Of a DNA stretch of 64,000 nt, positions 63,555 through 64,000 are shown piece by piece. The notes beneath the pieces were generated by a model, which saw nothing but the letters and a program-made list of their open reading frames with translations, did not search any database and had not been told where the DNA came from. The stretch's first letter is position 1, and each line of letters begins with the position of its first letter. The position numbers and the translations under genes were made by a program. Source of the stretch: an uncultured cyanobacterium (GTDB lineage Bacteria > Cyanobacteriota > Cyanobacteriia > PCC-6307 > Cyanobiaceae); assembly GCA_963765575.1 (NCBI GenBank), contig CAVXWZ010000004.1, positions 6,477-70,476 on the forward strand. Reading direction: 5' to 3'.

Positions 63555-64000
63555 ATGTGCTTTTCCAGTCAGGCCAGTTTCATCGCGGCGGGATCCCTGC
63601 TTCCCGCCGGCGCCTGGGCCGTGCGGGTGTGCCGCAGCCAGCGGCCCGAGCTGCTGCCCCTGGCCCTCTGTCCCTGGTTGTTCGCGGTTCAGCAGGCGCT
63701 CGAGGGGGTGGTGTGGCTGGGGCTGGATGGGGCGGTGGCAGCTCCGCTGGCCCATGCCGCTGCCGTGGGCTTTCTGTTTTTCGCCCATGGCTTCTGGCCC
63801 GCCTGGATGCCCTGGTGTGCCCTGCGGGCGGCACGCCCCCGGCGAGCCGAGGTGCTGCCCCTGCTGCGGATCTGCTGTGCGCTGGGGCTGCTCCTCGGTC
63901 TCTGGCTGTGGCTGCCCCTGCTGCTGGATGCCAGCCGGGTGGTTCCTGAGGTTGTGGGCGGCTCGATCAACTACCAGACCCGGCTGCTGGCAGACGGCCT
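63555..64000 (+). CDS. Hypothetical multi-TM membrane protein, 5' part (runs off the right edge)
   Basis: Own translation from ATG 63555: MCFSSQASFIAAGSLLPAGAWAVRVC...FLFFAHGFWPAWMPWCAL...LGLLLGLWLWLPLLL. There is no stop before 64000, so it is absent from the track. GC3-rich. Confidence 0.55.
   Translation, partial: MCFSSQASFIAAGSLLPAGAWAVRVCRSQRPELLPLALCPWLFAVQQALEGVVWLGLDGAVAAPLAHAAAVGFLFFAHGFWPAWMPWCALRAARPRRAEVLPLLRICCALGLLLGLWLWLPLLLDASRVVPEVVGGSINYQTRLLADG

Noticed and set aside
1-64000. CRISPR arrays, IS elements, integrases, phage or known defence genes
   Set aside because: All direct repeats found are 11-21 bp, present in 2-3 contiguous copies and without spacers. No ORF shows transposase, recombinase, reverse transcriptase, large nuclease/helicase or capsid-like motifs apart from housekeeping recQ.

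Overview
GC-rich chromosomal segment of a picocyanobacterium (Synechococcus/Cyanobium type). Lineage markers are petN, psaK, thf1/psb29, cofH, the DnaK3-DnaJ3-DUF3110 cluster and DUF1830/DUF2499/DUF3593 genes. About 53 kb is tightly packed core genome: recQ (partial), purK, clpS, clpP, ftsH, pyk, ilvA, dxs, an ABC-2 transporter, csaB, rpmB, htpG, hisZ, pstCAB, dnaK/dnaJ, murQ, mtnP, ribBA, argC, purN and pgi. It also holds one tRNA-Ser(GGA) and a probable 6S RNA just downstream of purK. Most long ORFs in the supplied track are GC-driven shadow ORFs antisense to, or out of frame with, these genes. Several real starts lie well inside the listed ORFs. Between csaB and rpmB (~26.3-37.3 kb) lies an ~11 kb accessory patch that encodes only exported, lipoprotein or small membrane proteins. 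It is a mosaic of duplicated and partly decayed cassettes: three SH3-like lipoprotein copies, two peroxiredoxin copies, two copies of a TPR-gene 3' end and three copies of a small membrane protein. It also holds an orphan MlaE/MlaD-like pair and AT-richer inserts. Two deletion junctions in this patch can be read directly from the sequence. I found no CRISPR array, transposase, integrase, phage gene or recognisable defence gene. Reading-frame lesions are present: five indels in dxs, one in an M61 peptidase gene, and in-frame stops in a peroxiredoxin copy, in an antitoxin-like ORF and upstream of the DUF1830 gene. These may be assembly errors or real decay, and I cannot tell which from the sequence alone. 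Short tandem duplications of 11-21 bp are frequent, and three of them span stop codons. I did not find a clear-cut novel multi-gene system. The best candidate is the duplicated exported peroxiredoxin / Cys-rich SH3-lipoprotein module in the mosaic patch, offered as a hypothesis. All domain and family names come from my reading of the translations, not from database searches.
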